UHGV virus genome: UHGV-1351569
Strand: one strand, 5' to 3'
Length of the DNA stretch: 64,000 bases
Origin: a virus
The position numbers and the translations under genes are program-made. Below, in pieces: positions 8,846 through 17,788 of this stretch. The notes below the pieces were generated by a model. It made no database searches. It was not told where the DNA came from and was given only the letters and a program-made list of their open reading frames with translations. The first letter of the stretch is position 1; the number at the start of each line of letters is the position of its first letter.

Positions 8846-9166
8846 ATGAATATTGAAAATAAATTAGATGTTGATGCAGTTCTGAGCGAAATCATCGAAG
8901 ACCATGATGCATTTTCAGAAAATTATGATTTCGATTTTTCGGATTATCTTAAACCTGTCGAAATAGAAGACTGGGTGCAAGATGGTAAATGCCAATATCG
9001 TCAGTGTGTTTATTTTAGTCCAAAACATAACGTTCATGTGTCTGTAAATGAATCTCGTTCAGGTTCTTACCATTCTGACTGGTATTATGCAGTTCCGACT
9101 GTTGAACTAGTCGAGCCCCGTGAACGTGTAGTAACTCAGACAGTACGAGAATGGATTACGCTATAA
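8846..9166 (+). CDS. Hypothetical acidic protein, 106 aa
   Basis: ORF track. Confidence 0.55.
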   Translation: MNIENKLDVDAVLSEIIEDHDAFSENYDFDFSDYLKPVEIEDWVQDGKCQYRQCVYFSPKHNVHVSVNESRSGSYHSDWYYAVPTVELVEPRERVVTQTVREWITL

Positions 9167-9219
9167 AACCTTGGTGGGCGGCTAGATGGGAAACAGTAGA
9201 GCCAGAGCCGGAAGAACCG

Positions 9220-9249
9220 GTTTACACTGATGAAGAAACAGTATATAAT
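9220..9249 (+). promoter_or_regulatory. T4-type early promoter (GTTTAC ... TATATAAT)
   Basis: GTTTACA and TATAAT 17 bp apart in a non-coding gap. Confidence 0.5.
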
Positions 9250-9289
9250 GAACCAACAATAAATGACTTAATTGATATGGAGATGGGAC

Positions 9290-9736
9290 ATGATTACAGT
9301 AGATAAGTGGTTTAGAATTAATCGTGCTGATAAAGGGCTGTGTAATTACTGGCCGGAACTTAGTGCAGGTACTGTCTTTAAAGTTCGTGAACTTGCAAAA
9401 GAATGCGAAGATGATATAGAACCTGATACTGGAATTATTGAAATTGAACTTTCTGATGGAAAGATTATTAACATCTATGATAAGCCAATTACATATTGGT
9501 GCTTGTGGAATACCGAATCAGTAGAAAATGGCGAAATTGAAGAAGTTGTAGAACGAGTTGATCAAGCTATTCATAAACCTAAAGCCGCTTTTCAAGGTGA
9601 ACGCATTTCATATGCATTATCTAAATCGGCGTTGAAAAAAGATATTGATGATTACGAAGGAAATTTAATGCAAGCCGCGGCAGAATATATTGAATGGCTT
9701 GAAACTCAAATTTCTTTTTCTGACCGAGCGTTTTAA
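9290..9736 (+). CDS. Hypothetical protein (about 148 aa); by position possibly the pin homolog
   Basis: ORF track 9272..9736 (TTG); in-frame ATG 9290 behind a GGAG RBS; the name is a positional guess only. Confidence 0.5.
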   Translation: MITVDKWFRINRADKGLCNYWPELSAGTVFKVRELAKECEDDIEPDTGIIEIELSDGKIINIYDKPITYWCLWNTESVENGEIEEVVERVDQAIHKPKAAFQGERISYALSKSALKKDIDDYEGNLMQAAAEYIEWLETQISFSDRAF

Positions 9737-9912
9737 TGAAAACCGAATTAATTTATACTGAAAAGTTAAATGGTGGTAAGGTTTGGAAACTTTTTATTAA
9801 AGGAAGTCCTACTGACCCTAATATGACCACTTGTATAGGAACTTATTCTCGTCCTACTAAAAAGATGATTCGACAATATAAGCGATTGCATCGAATGTTT
9901 TACAATACTTGA
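9736..9912 (+). CDS. Hypothetical small protein, 58 aa
   Basis: ATG overlapping upstream TAA (TAATG); open frame to TGA at 9910-9912; not in ORF track (below 60 aa). Confidence 0.35.
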   Translation: MKTELIYTEKLNGGKVWKLFIKGSPTDPNMTTCIGTYSRPTKKMIRQYKRLHRMFYNT

Positions 9913-9916
9913 AAAT

Positions 9917-9948
9917 AATAAATACCCTTATCTATTCAAGGTAAGGGT
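9917..9948 (+). promoter_or_regulatory. Late-promoter-like AATAAATA box plus hairpin (ACCCTTA/TAAGGGT) that sequesters the gene 49 RBS
   Basis: Perfect 7-bp inverted repeat at 9924-9930 and 9942-9948 whose 3' arm holds the SD (TAAGGG) 6 nt before the ATG at 9954. Confidence 0.45.
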
Positions 9949-9953
9949 TTATT

Positions 9954-10427
9954 ATGTTATTGACTGGCAAATTATATAAAGAAGAAAAACAGAAATTTTA
10001 TGATGCGCAAAACGGTAAATGCTTAATTTGCCAACGAGAACTAAATCCTGATGTTCAAGCTAATCACCTTGACCATGACCATGAATTAAATGGACCAAAA
10101 GCAGGAAAGGTACGTGGATTGCTCTGTAATCTCTGTAATGCTGCAGAAGGTCAAATGAAGCATAAATTCAATCGTTCTGGCTTAAAGGGACAAGGTGTTG
10201 ATTATCTTGAATGGCTAGAAAATTTACTTACTTATTTAAAATCCGATTACACCCAAAATAATATTCACCCTAACTTCGTTGGAGATAAATCAAAGGAATT
10301 TTCTCGTTTAGGAAAAGAGGAAATGATGGCTGAGATGCTTCAAAGAGGATTTGAATATAATGAATCTGACACTAAAACACAATTAATAGCTTCATTTAAG
10401 AAGCAGCTTAGAAAGAGTTTAAAATGA
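9954..10427 (+). CDS. 49: Recombination endonuclease VII (Holliday junction resolvase), 157 aa
   Basis: MLLTGKLYKEEKQKFYDAQNGKCLICQ...HLDHDHELNG matches recalled T4 gp49; length identical. Confidence 0.9.
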   Translation: MLLTGKLYKEEKQKFYDAQNGKCLICQRELNPDVQANHLDHDHELNGPKAGKVRGLLCNLCNAAEGQMKHKFNRSGLKGQGVDYLEWLENLLTYLKSDYTQNNIHPNFVGDKSKEFSRLGKEEMMAEMLQRGFEYNESDTKTQLIASFKKQLRKSLK

Positions 10428-13286
10428 CAATTGAAAAAGAAATTGAAGGATTGATTCATAAAACTAATAAAGACCTTTTAAACGAGAATGCTAATAAAGA
10501 TTCTCGTGTTTTTCCAACTCAACGGGACCTTATGGCTGGTATTGTGTCTAAACACATTGCCAAAAATATGGTCCCGTCTTTTATTATGAAAGCGCATGAA
10601 AGCGGAATTATCCATTTCCATGATATTGATTATTCCCCTGCTCTTCCATTTACTAATTGCTGTTTAGTAGATTTAAAAGGAATGCTTGAAAACGGATTTA
10701 AGCTCGGTAATGCACAGATTGAAACTCCTAAATCAATCGGCGTTGCTACTGCAATTATGGCACAAATTACTGCACAGGTTGCTTCCCACCAATATGGCGG
10801 AACGACTTTTGCGAATGTAGATAAAGTACTTTCTCCTTATGTTAAACGCACCTATGCAAAACATATTGAGGATGCAGAAAAATGGCAAATCGCTGATGCG
10901 TTGAATTATGCTCAATCCAAAACAGAAAAAGATGTCTATGATGCATTCCAGGCGTATGAGTTAATTTAATTCAGGCTCATGTAAAACCGGTCTAAACGGG
11001 GAACCTCTCTAGTAGACAATCCCGTGCTAAATGTTCTTTTGAACTAAATGCCTAACGACTAACCGTGATGAATGTAGCGGTGTAGAATAGAAGCTAATGC
11101 TATTCGAAACGGCCGGCATCGAAAGATGAAGATATAGTCTAATCTGCATGGCGACATGCAGCAGTCATCTTGTATAAATAAGATTATCTTATGAATACGA
11201 GGTGAAACAATGAAATGGATAAAAAGACGTTGTACTAAAATAAAAGATAAAGACGCATTTACATACTTAGTTAAGTTTTCTAATGGCGACATTTATATCG
11301 GTTATAAAAAAGTTAGAACAATTAAAAACAAGCCCACAAACTGGAAAACTTACACAACGTCATCTAAGTATATAAATGAACGCTTAAAAACTGATACACC
11401 TACTAAATGGATAATTTTAAAAACATTTGATAGTTATAAAGACGCATTAAAACATGAAGAAGAGGTCATACGTAAATATTTTTATAGCAAAAAATGTTTA
11501 AATAAATCCATAGGCGGTAAAAAGTTTTATAAGCATCCGGATACTGAAGAACATATTCAAAAATTAAGAGATGCTCATAAGGGTAAAGTGTTATCCGAAT
11601 CTCATAAAAACAATATAAAATCTTCTGTAGCTGAATATTATGCTAAAAACGGAAGATCTAAGGAACATGTGCAAAATAATATCAATAGTCGAAAAAGTAA
11701 AAAACAAGTATCGATAAAGCTTAAAAATAAAACTTTTAGAAGTTTTAAAAAAGCGGCGGAATATTTAAATTGCACTGAAAGTGAAGTCGAAACTCATCCT
11801 CTTGTTTTGAGTATTAAGACTACTATTCATAAAGTTCCTGAATATGTGGTTGTTGACGGTATTAAGTATACGTCTTATATAGAAGCAGCTAAAGCGCTAA
11901 ATTTTCATCCTAGCACTATAAAAGAACGTTGCGTATCTATGGACTATCCAAATTTTGTTGTTTCATATAAACGGGCATGAATTTGCGACTCATGCCGAAT
12001 ATAATGATGAAGTAAATACACTTTTCAGCTCTAATGGACAAACGCCTTTTGTAACAATTACGTTTGGTACGGGAACTGACTGGACTGAACGAATGATTCA
12101 GAAAGCAATTCTGAAAAATCGTATTAAAGGTCTTGGTCGCGATGGGATAACTCCTATTTTCCCTAAGCTTGTTATGTTCGTTGAAGAAGGTGTTAATCTT
12201 TATAAAGATGACCCGAACTATGATATTAAACAGCTTGCTCTAGAGTGCGCAAGCAAAAGAATGTATCCTGACATCATTTCGGCTAAGAACAATAAAGCTA
12301 TCACCGGTTCATCTATTCCTGTTTCTCCAATGGGTTGCCGCAGTTTCTTGAGCGTATGGAAAGATTCGACTGGTAATGAAATTCTTGATGGACGTAATAA
12401 TCTTGGCGTTGTAACACTGAATCTTCCTCGCATCGCGTTAGATTCTTATATTGGAACACAGTTCAATGAACAGAAATTTGCCGAATTGTTCAATGAACGA
12501 ATGGATTTATGTTTTGAAGCTTTGATGTGTAGAATTAGTTCCTTAAAAGGAGTTAAAGCGACTGTTGCTCCTATTCTTTATCAAGAAGGTGCATTCGGGG
12601 TTCGTCTTAAACCAGATGACGACATAATTGAGTTATTTAAAAACGGTAGAAGTTCAGTGTCTTTGGGATACATTGGTATTCACGAATTGAATATTCTTGT
12701 CGGTCGTGATATTGGGCAGGAAATTTTGACTAAAATGAATGCTCATCTTAAGCAGTGGACTGAAAGAACCGGTTTTGCTTTTAGTTTGTATTCTACACCT
12801 GCTGAAAACCTGTGCTATCGCTTCTGTAAACTTGATACCGAAAAATATGGAAGTGTAAAGGATGTTACTGATAAAGGCTGGTACACTAACAGTTTCCATG
12901 TTTCAGTAGAAGAAAATATCACTCCGTTTGAAAAGATTTCTCGTGAAGCGCCATATCATTTCATTGCGACAGGTGGTCACATTTCTTATGTTGAACTTCC
13001 TGATATGAAAAATAACTTAAAAGGTCTTGAGGCTGTATGGGATTATGCTGCACAACATTTAGATTATTTTGGCGTTAACATGCCAGTAGATAAATGTTTT
13101 ACGTGTGGAAGTACCCATGAAATGACTCCTACTGAAAACGGGTTTGTTTGTTCTATTTGTGGAGAAACTGATCCTAAAAAGATGAACACAATAAGAAGAA
13201 CTTGTGGTTATTTGGGAAATCCGAACGAACGTGGATTTAATCTTGGCAAAAATAAAGAAATCATGCATAGGGTTAAACACCAATGA
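10424..13286 (+). CDS. nrdD: Anaerobic ribonucleotide reductase NrdD, interrupted by a group I intron (exon 1 10424..about 10961, exon 2 about 11995..13286)
   Basis: Exon 1 (181 codons) and exon 2 (C-terminal about 430 codons) match recalled T4 NrdD; frame breaks with TAA at 10967; splice points are inferred from the recalled 1033-nt T4 intron length. Confidence 0.8.
11173..11180 (+). promoter_or_regulatory. Late promoter box TATAAATA upstream of the intron ORF
   Basis: Exact TATAAATA about 30 nt upstream of the endonuclease ATG. Confidence 0.45.
11210..11980 (+). CDS. Intron-encoded GIY-YIG homing endonuclease (I-TevII-like), 256 aa
   Basis: N-terminal YLVKFSNGDIYIGYKK (GIY...YIG motif); sits inside the nrdD intron as I-TevII does in T4. 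Confidence 0.8.
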   Translation: MKWIKRRCTKIKDKDAFTYLVKFSNGDIYIGYKKVRTIKNKPTNWKTYTTSSKYINERLKTDTPTKWIILKTFDSYKDALKHEEEVIRKYFYSKKCLNKSIGGKKFYKHPDTEEHIQKLRDAHKGKVLSESHKNNIKSSVAEYYAKNGRSKEHVQNNINSRKSKKQVSIKLKNKTFRSFKKAAEYLNCTESEVETHPLVLSIKTTIHKVPEYVVVDGIKYTSYIEAAKALNFHPSTIKERCVSMDYPNFVVSYKRA

Positions 13287-13753
13287 ATTATGATAGATTT
13301 TATCCTTGCGATTTTGTGAATGGCCCTGGATGCAGGGTCGTTCTTTTCGTTACAGGTTGTTTGCATAAATGTGAAGGGTGTTATAATAAATCAACATGGA
13401 ATGCTAGAAATGGCGTTCCATTCACTGGTGAAACACTAGAACAATTAATTGAATGTTTGAATAATGATTATATAGAAGGATTAACTATAACTGGAGGTGA
13501 CCCTCTTTATCCTGATAACCGAGATGTTATTCATTGCATTGTTCAAACAGTAAAAAATCTTTATCCGAATAAAAGCATTTGGTTGTGGACCGGATATAAG
13601 TTTGAGGATATTAAACAACTAGAAATGCTTAAATATGTTGATGTTATTATTGATGGGAAGTATGAGAAAAATCTTCCGACCAAAAAGCTGTGGCGAGGAT
13701 CAGATAATCAGCGACTTTGGTCAAATACCGATGGGGTGTGGAAACATGATTAA
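13283..13753 (+). CDS. nrdG: Anaerobic RNR activating protein NrdG (radical SAM), 156 aa
   Basis: CDFVNGPGCRVVLFVTGCLHKCEGC cysteine cluster; length and position match T4 NrdG. Confidence 0.85.
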   Translation: MNYDRFYPCDFVNGPGCRVVLFVTGCLHKCEGCYNKSTWNARNGVPFTGETLEQLIECLNNDYIEGLTITGGDPLYPDNRDVIHCIVQTVKNLYPNKSIWLWTGYKFEDIKQLEMLKYVDVIIDGKYEKNLPTKKLWRGSDNQRLWSNTDGVWKHD

Positions 13754-13867
13754 ATTGAATTATATTATGGACACTATAAATGATATGATTTTTCATTTTG
13801 GTCCAGAATTTTATTCGCAATATAGTTTAGTGCTTATCAATGCTTGGTTAATCAATTAAGGGTAAAT

Positions 13868-14080
13868 ATGTATAAATTTCGTAAAGGTTTAGCTGATTTT
13901 CTTACAACCGTAACGTTCTTTTTGTTTATGGCAGTTGGTGCTATTTTTCTTATTCCTTTTATTGCTATATTTTTCGTGATTAGCTTAATTTCTCCAGAAA
14001 AAGGCTTATCTTCTAGCGAATTCAATGAGCGTCTGGATAAAATTACTAACAAGCTTAATGCTGCTCTTAGTAAGGAATAG
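13868..14080 (+). CDS. Hypothetical small membrane protein (about 70 aa)
   Basis: ORF track 13844..14080; ATG 13868 behind AAGGG; hydrophobic core FFLFMAVGAIFLIPFIAIFFVISLI. Confidence 0.5.
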   Translation: MYKFRKGLADFLTTVTFFLFMAVGAIFLIPFIAIFFVISLISPEKGLSSSEFNERLDKITNKLNAALSKE

Positions 14081-14082
14081 TT

Positions 14083-14391
14083 GTGAAACAAAACAAGATT
14101 GAAGTCTATGGAATTCCAGATGAAGTAGGTCGTTGTCCTGGATGTCAATCAGTTACAAAACTTTTAAAGGAGCTCAATGCTCCTTTTACTTTCTATAAAG
14201 TTCTTACAAATAATGGTAAGATTGAGTATGATCGTCCACTGATTGTATCTCTTGCTAAACGAGCTGGATTCGCATCTCTTAGCATTCGTTATCCAGTCAT
14301 TTTCATCAATGATTCTAGACAAAAGAACATTAAACACTTCAAAGAAACTCTCATTTCACTTGGATATGATAGAGATATCATAGAAGACTAA
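14083..14391 (+). CDS. nrdH: Glutaredoxin-like protein NrdH, 102 aa
   Basis: CPGC redox motif; position between nrdG and gene 55 as in T4; apparent GTG start behind AAGGA. Confidence 0.7.
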   Translation: MKQNKIEVYGIPDEVGRCPGCQSVTKLLKELNAPFTFYKVLTNNGKIEYDRPLIVSLAKRAGFASLSIRYPVIFINDSRQKNIKHFKETLISLGYDRDIIED

Positions 14392-14394
14392 GAC

Positions 14395-14415
14395 GGGCCC
14401 TCTGGGCCTTTCTTT
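14395..14415 (+). terminator. Hairpin (GGCCC-tct-GGGCC) followed by a T-rich run
   Basis: Inverted repeat directly after the nrdH stop. Confidence 0.45.
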
Positions 14416-14489
14416 CTCACATTCTGTATATTACCATTCTAAGCTATCGTTCCCTTCTTATCGTTCCCTAAAATAATTTTCACAAAGTT

Positions 14490-14519
14490 GTTTACAAGAA
14501 GTTCAAACTGTGGTATTAT
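14490..14519 (+). promoter_or_regulatory. T4-type early promoter (GTTTAC ... TGGTATTAT)
   Basis: Consensus elements with UP-like AATAATTTTCACAAAG upstream. Confidence 0.6.
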
Positions 14520-14549
14520 TAACATATGAATTGCCTTTGAGGAATTGAT

Positions 14550-14726
14550 ATGGTTGATAAAGAGATTAAAAGGGATCAGTATTATCGTGTTAACGGACAT
14601 ATTGTTATTGTTACAGCAGTAGATGATCTAGATGTTCATTATACTGTACTTAAATGGAACAAACGCATGATTTGTGATCGTGCTGTATTTAGTTCAGTTG
14701 CTAAGGAAATTAAACTCCATGGGTAA
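14550..14726 (+). CDS. Hypothetical small protein, 58 aa
   Basis: ATG to TAA open frame read from sequence; below the ORF-track size cutoff. Confidence 0.35.
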   Translation: MVDKEIKRDQYYRVNGHIVIVTAVDDLDVHYTVLKWNKRMICDRAVFSSVAKEIKLHG

Positions 14727-14940
14727 AACGTATCGTCGTAAAGATTTAAAAGTACGTGATTATGACTATTTCGGAAAGCGTAAAGCTCCTGATGGTGTAA
14801 GTCATAAAGATATGGTTGAAAACATTTTTCGCTCTGATAAATGGCGTAGAATGAAAGGCATTGATTCAGAAGTTAAAGATGAGTTAAATCGTCAATTGCG
14901 TGGTGAAGTAAGAAAGTTGAAAAAAATCAGTTTACATTGA
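14719..14940 (+). CDS. Hypothetical basic protein (about 73 aa)
   Basis: ORF track 14674..14940; in-frame ATG at 14719. Confidence 0.5.
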   Translation: MGKTYRRKDLKVRDYDYFGKRKAPDGVSHKDMVENIFRSDKWRRMKGIDSEVKDELNRQLRGEVRKLKKISLH

Positions 14941-15152
14941 CGATGATTTTGATTACAATACTTCTCAACGAGTTGCTAAGCGTAAATCAAACGAGTGCTA
15001 TCGTTACAGCTGAGGAAAATATGAATATCAAACGCATGCTTTTTAAACAAGGATTATACACTTTAAATATTGCTCCAAAAGGCGATACGACCAAGTGGTC
15101 AGTAAATGACTGGATTAAATTCATTGATGAAAACGGTAACTGGAAAATTTAA
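14937..15152 (+). CDS. Hypothetical small protein (start may be ATG 15021 behind TGAGGAAAAT)
   Basis: ORF track; strong RBS before the internal ATG at 15021. Confidence 0.4.
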   Translation: MTMILITILLNELLSVNQTSAIVTAEENMNIKRMLFKQGLYTLNIAPKGDTTKWSVNDWIKFIDENGNWKI

Positions 15153-15353
15153 ATGAATCCTGAATCTAAATTATCACAACGAATTGCCGAAGCTCGTCGT
15201 CAGTTCTTTGAAAATATGATAGCCCAAGGTATTGATGACGAAGTTTTTCTGAACTGGTTTTGGAATCACAAATATTCAAAATGCGCAGGAGCAATATTAA
15301 TATCAGCTGCAATGATGTACGAAGGCTGGAAGGGTGCCAAACGGTTTAGCTAA
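15153..15353 (+). CDS. Hypothetical protein, 66 aa
   Basis: ORF track; followed by terminator hairpin. Confidence 0.5.
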   Translation: MNPESKLSQRIAEARRQFFENMIAQGIDDEVFLNWFWNHKYSKCAGAILISAAMMYEGWKGAKRFS

Positions 15354-15370
15354 GGGCTTCGGCCCTTTTT
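15353..15370 (+). terminator. Terminator hairpin AGGGC-TTCG-GCCCT plus T5
   Basis: GC stem, UUCG loop, T-run. Confidence 0.65.
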
Positions 15371-15405
15371 GGATAATAAAATTTTAACGTAATTGAGGAT
15401 AATGT

Positions 15406-15732
15406 ATGACTATTCAAATTAAAAACGCCATCAATTCTTATGCATATGATAAAGTAGTTTCTTTGCTAGAAAAAGGCGATATTGTAACTCCTCAAATTTT
15501 GGATAAATGGGAAAAAGAGCTTCATCAGACGATGAAACAGAATGATCAGAAAATTGGACGCAATACTGTCCGTGAATTGTTGGTTCAATATATCTTGTCA
15601 GAATTTGATGTTAAAGCTTTTGGCGTAGAATCTAAAGCTTATCAAAAGCATGAAATTTCTGATAAAACTATTCGTCGTATGAAAAATCAACGCAAGAAAA
15701 AATTTGCTGATCTGAAAATTACTAAGGCATAA
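15406..15732 (+). CDS. Hypothetical protein, 108 aa
   Basis: ORF track; GAGGATAATGTATG RBS. Confidence 0.55.
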   Translation: MTIQIKNAINSYAYDKVVSLLEKGDIVTPQILDKWEKELHQTMKQNDQKIGRNTVRELLVQYILSEFDVKAFGVESKAYQKHEISDKTIRRMKNQRKKKFADLKITKA

Positions 15733-15734
15733 TT

Positions 15735-15950
15735 ATGAATGAAGCTCTTATTAACGATTTACGTCTTGCTGGGTATGAAGTAAATACAAATGGCATTGGT
15801 TTAACTCAAATTGAAGGAAACGGATTCATCCTTGAGTATGAATTTAGCCAATGGTGGTTATACGCTAATTACGGCGAATTGATTGAATACGTTGACCAAT
15901 TTGATTCACTAGATGCAGCTCTCGAAGCGGCTAAGTTGATGAATGTATGA
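15735..15950 (+). CDS. Hypothetical protein, 71 aa
   Basis: ORF track. Confidence 0.5.
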   Translation: MNEALINDLRLAGYEVNTNGIGLTQIEGNGFILEYEFSQWWLYANYGELIEYVDQFDSLDAALEAAKLMNV

Positions 15951-16216
15951 AATTTATTAATATTTCTATTACTATTGAAAATTATGGAATTTTCTATGTT
16001 GATCAATACATGAAAATTTCATTTTTCCCAAATAAGACTGGTGTTGGATATTGGGAAAGCCATGTTTCTGAATTAAATGAAAGCGAATATGTTAGCACAC
16101 ATGAAAAGTTTTTAGACTTTTTATATCATGCTGATTTAACTAGTCATTATATAGATATTCATGAATTTAAAAAGATGATGGAGAAAGTATTCCAAGCATA
16201 CTGTTTACTTAGATAA
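15947..16216 (+). CDS. Hypothetical protein, 89 aa
   Basis: ORF track; ATGA overlap. Confidence 0.5.
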   Translation: MKFINISITIENYGIFYVDQYMKISFFPNKTGVGYWESHVSELNESEYVSTHEKFLDFLYHADLTSHYIDIHEFKKMMEKVFQAYCLLR

Positions 16217-16227
16217 CTGATATCCTC

Positions 16228-16257
16228 TATGCTTTAAGATAGATCTTCAAATATTAT
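16228..16257 (+). promoter_or_regulatory. Putative middle promoter (MotA box TATGCTTTA about 12 bp upstream of TATTAT)
   Basis: MotA-box-like TGCTTTA centred near -30 relative to a -10-like hexamer. Confidence 0.4.
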
Positions 16258-16294
16258 GATATAATAGATCTATGAATTGAGCTAAGAGGTGAAA

Positions 16295-16852
16295 ATGTCA
16301 GAAACTAAGCCTAAATATAATTACGTAAACAATAAAGAGCTTTTACAAGCTATTATTGATTGGAAAACAGAATTAGCAAATAATAAAGACCCAAATAAAG
16401 TAGTTCGTCAGAATGATACTATCGGATTAGCCATTATGCTTATTGCAGAAGGCTTATCTAAACGTTTCAACTTTTCAGGATACACCCAATCCTGGAAACA
16501 AGAAATGATTGCAGATGGTATAGAAGCTTCTATTAAGGGGCTTCATAATTTTGATGAAACGAAATATAAAAACCCACATGCGTATATAACTCAAGCTTGT
16601 TTTAATGCATTCGTCCAACGTATTAAAAAAGAACGTAAGGAAGTTGCAAAGAAATATAGTTACTTCGTTCACAATGTCTATGACAGTCGTGACGACGATA
16701 TGGTTGCGTTAGTAGATGAAACTTTTATTCAAGACATCTACGATAAAATGACGCATTACGAAGAATCAACCTATAGAACACCGGGGGCTGAAAAGAAAAG
16801 TGTTGTAGACGATTCTCCTAGTTTGGATTTTTTATATGAGGCTAACGATTAA
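16295..16852 (+). CDS. 55: Late-transcription sigma factor gp55, 185 aa
   Basis: [24 protein letters not shown]... matches recalled T4 gp55; start moved from GTG 16289 to ATG 16295. Confidence 0.9.
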
Positions 16853-17054
16853 CCTCTCCGGATTCTTGGAAGAAATACCCGAAGTTGAAGCTATTCCCTA
16901 TTTACTTAAAATGTATCTCAGGGAAGTTTTAGCTCTTGACATTGATATTGATCCAGAAAATCCGTATGATACCGCTTTTAAATCTAATGGTGTAGAATTA
17001 AACTATCGGTATCATTTAACAGATGATGATTTTTATTTTATATTAGAGAAATAA
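16836..17054 (+). CDS. Hypothetical protein, 72 aa
   Basis: ORF track; overlaps gp55 3' end. Confidence 0.45.
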
Positions 17055-17055
17055 T

Positions 17056-17373
17056 ATGACTGATAAACCCGAAATTAATGATGAAGTGGAAAAGCTTATT
17101 TCTTCTATTGAAGAAAAGAACCGTCTTGAAGCAGAAAGAAAAGCAAATAAGTTATTGTCTAAAAACAAACGCGAACTGAACCGTCTCTATAAGCACGCTC
17201 AGATTGCAGCTGAAAACAATAATTTTGCTCAATACGAATATGCTATCAAGAAAAGTCGGGATATTCTAAAACAGCCATATAACGATGAACTCATTAGTAT
17301 TCTTTGGAAGACTACTAGATCGCAGATTGAGGATATGATTGATGCTTACACGCGTAAAATTCAAGCGTCTTAA
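17056..17373 (+). CDS. Hypothetical protein, 105 aa
   Basis: ORF track. Confidence 0.55.
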   Translation: MTDKPEINDEVEKLISSIEEKNRLEAERKANKLLSKNKRELNRLYKHAQIAAENNNFAQYEYAIKKSRDILKQPYNDELISILWKTTRSQIEDMIDAYTRKIQAS

Positions 17374-17545
17374 AATTAATGCAGGATTTACTGAATCTTT
17401 GAATGGTCATCTTTGCGTGAAAATTTCTGAAAAGGAATACCATGATAGTTCAATTAAAGAAGTTAATCCTCCTATTGTAAGAGCAGACCCTAATATGAAA
17501 GTGTGGGTTGATTCCTATCAAGTCAAAAAATGGTGGCAACTGTGA
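17339..17545 (+). CDS. Hypothetical protein, 68 aa
   Basis: ORF track. Confidence 0.4.
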   Translation: MMLTRVKFKRLKINAGFTESLNGHLCVKISEKEYHDSSIKEVNPPIVRADPNMKVWVDSYQVKKWWQL

Positions 17546-17548
17546 AAG

Positions 17549-17722
17549 ATGAACACCCAGACTTCTGAAATAGATTATAATAAAATTCGTTCCTCTAAAG
17601 TAGAAATGATGAGACGCTTTAAAGAGTCTCATGATAAAGCTAAAGCAGAAGGAACTATAACATATAAGCGTATAAAATTTAGAAGCTCTAATGAGCCTCT
17701 GTATGGTGTATTATGCGGATAG
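17549..17722 (+). CDS. Hypothetical small protein, 57 aa
   Basis: ATG to TAG open frame read from sequence; below the ORF-track cutoff. Confidence 0.4.
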   Translation: MNTQTSEIDYNKIRSSKVEMMRRFKESHDKAKAEGTITYKRIKFRSSNEPLYGVLCG

Positions 17723-17735
17723 GAGCTTCGGCTCC
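17722..17735 (+). terminator. Hairpin GGAGC-TTCG-GCTCC
   Basis: GC stem with UUCG loop; weak T-run. Confidence 0.45.
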
Positions 17736-17740
17736 TATAT

Positions 17741-17764
17741 TGCTTTACAAATTTTTGGTAAAAT
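17741..17764 (+). promoter_or_regulatory. Putative middle promoter (MotA box TTGCTTTA, -10 TAAAAT)
   Basis: TGCTTTA 11 bp upstream of a -10-like hexamer before alpha-gt. Confidence 0.4.
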
Positions 17765-17788
17765 AAACCAAAACAATGAGGATATTAA

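Larger units (their letters stand above)
10962..11994 (+). mobile_element. Group I self-splicing intron in nrdD (about 1033 nt) carrying a homing endonuclease ORF
   Basis: Non-coding structured segment between the two nrdD exon frames; internal GIY-YIG ORF; boundaries approximate (U at 10961, G at 11994). Confidence 0.7.

Noticed and set aside
16203-16208. GTTTAC hexamer as another early promoter
   Set aside because: No -10 element at the right spacing; it lies within coding sequence. The adjacent MotA-box/TATTAT pair is the better candidate.
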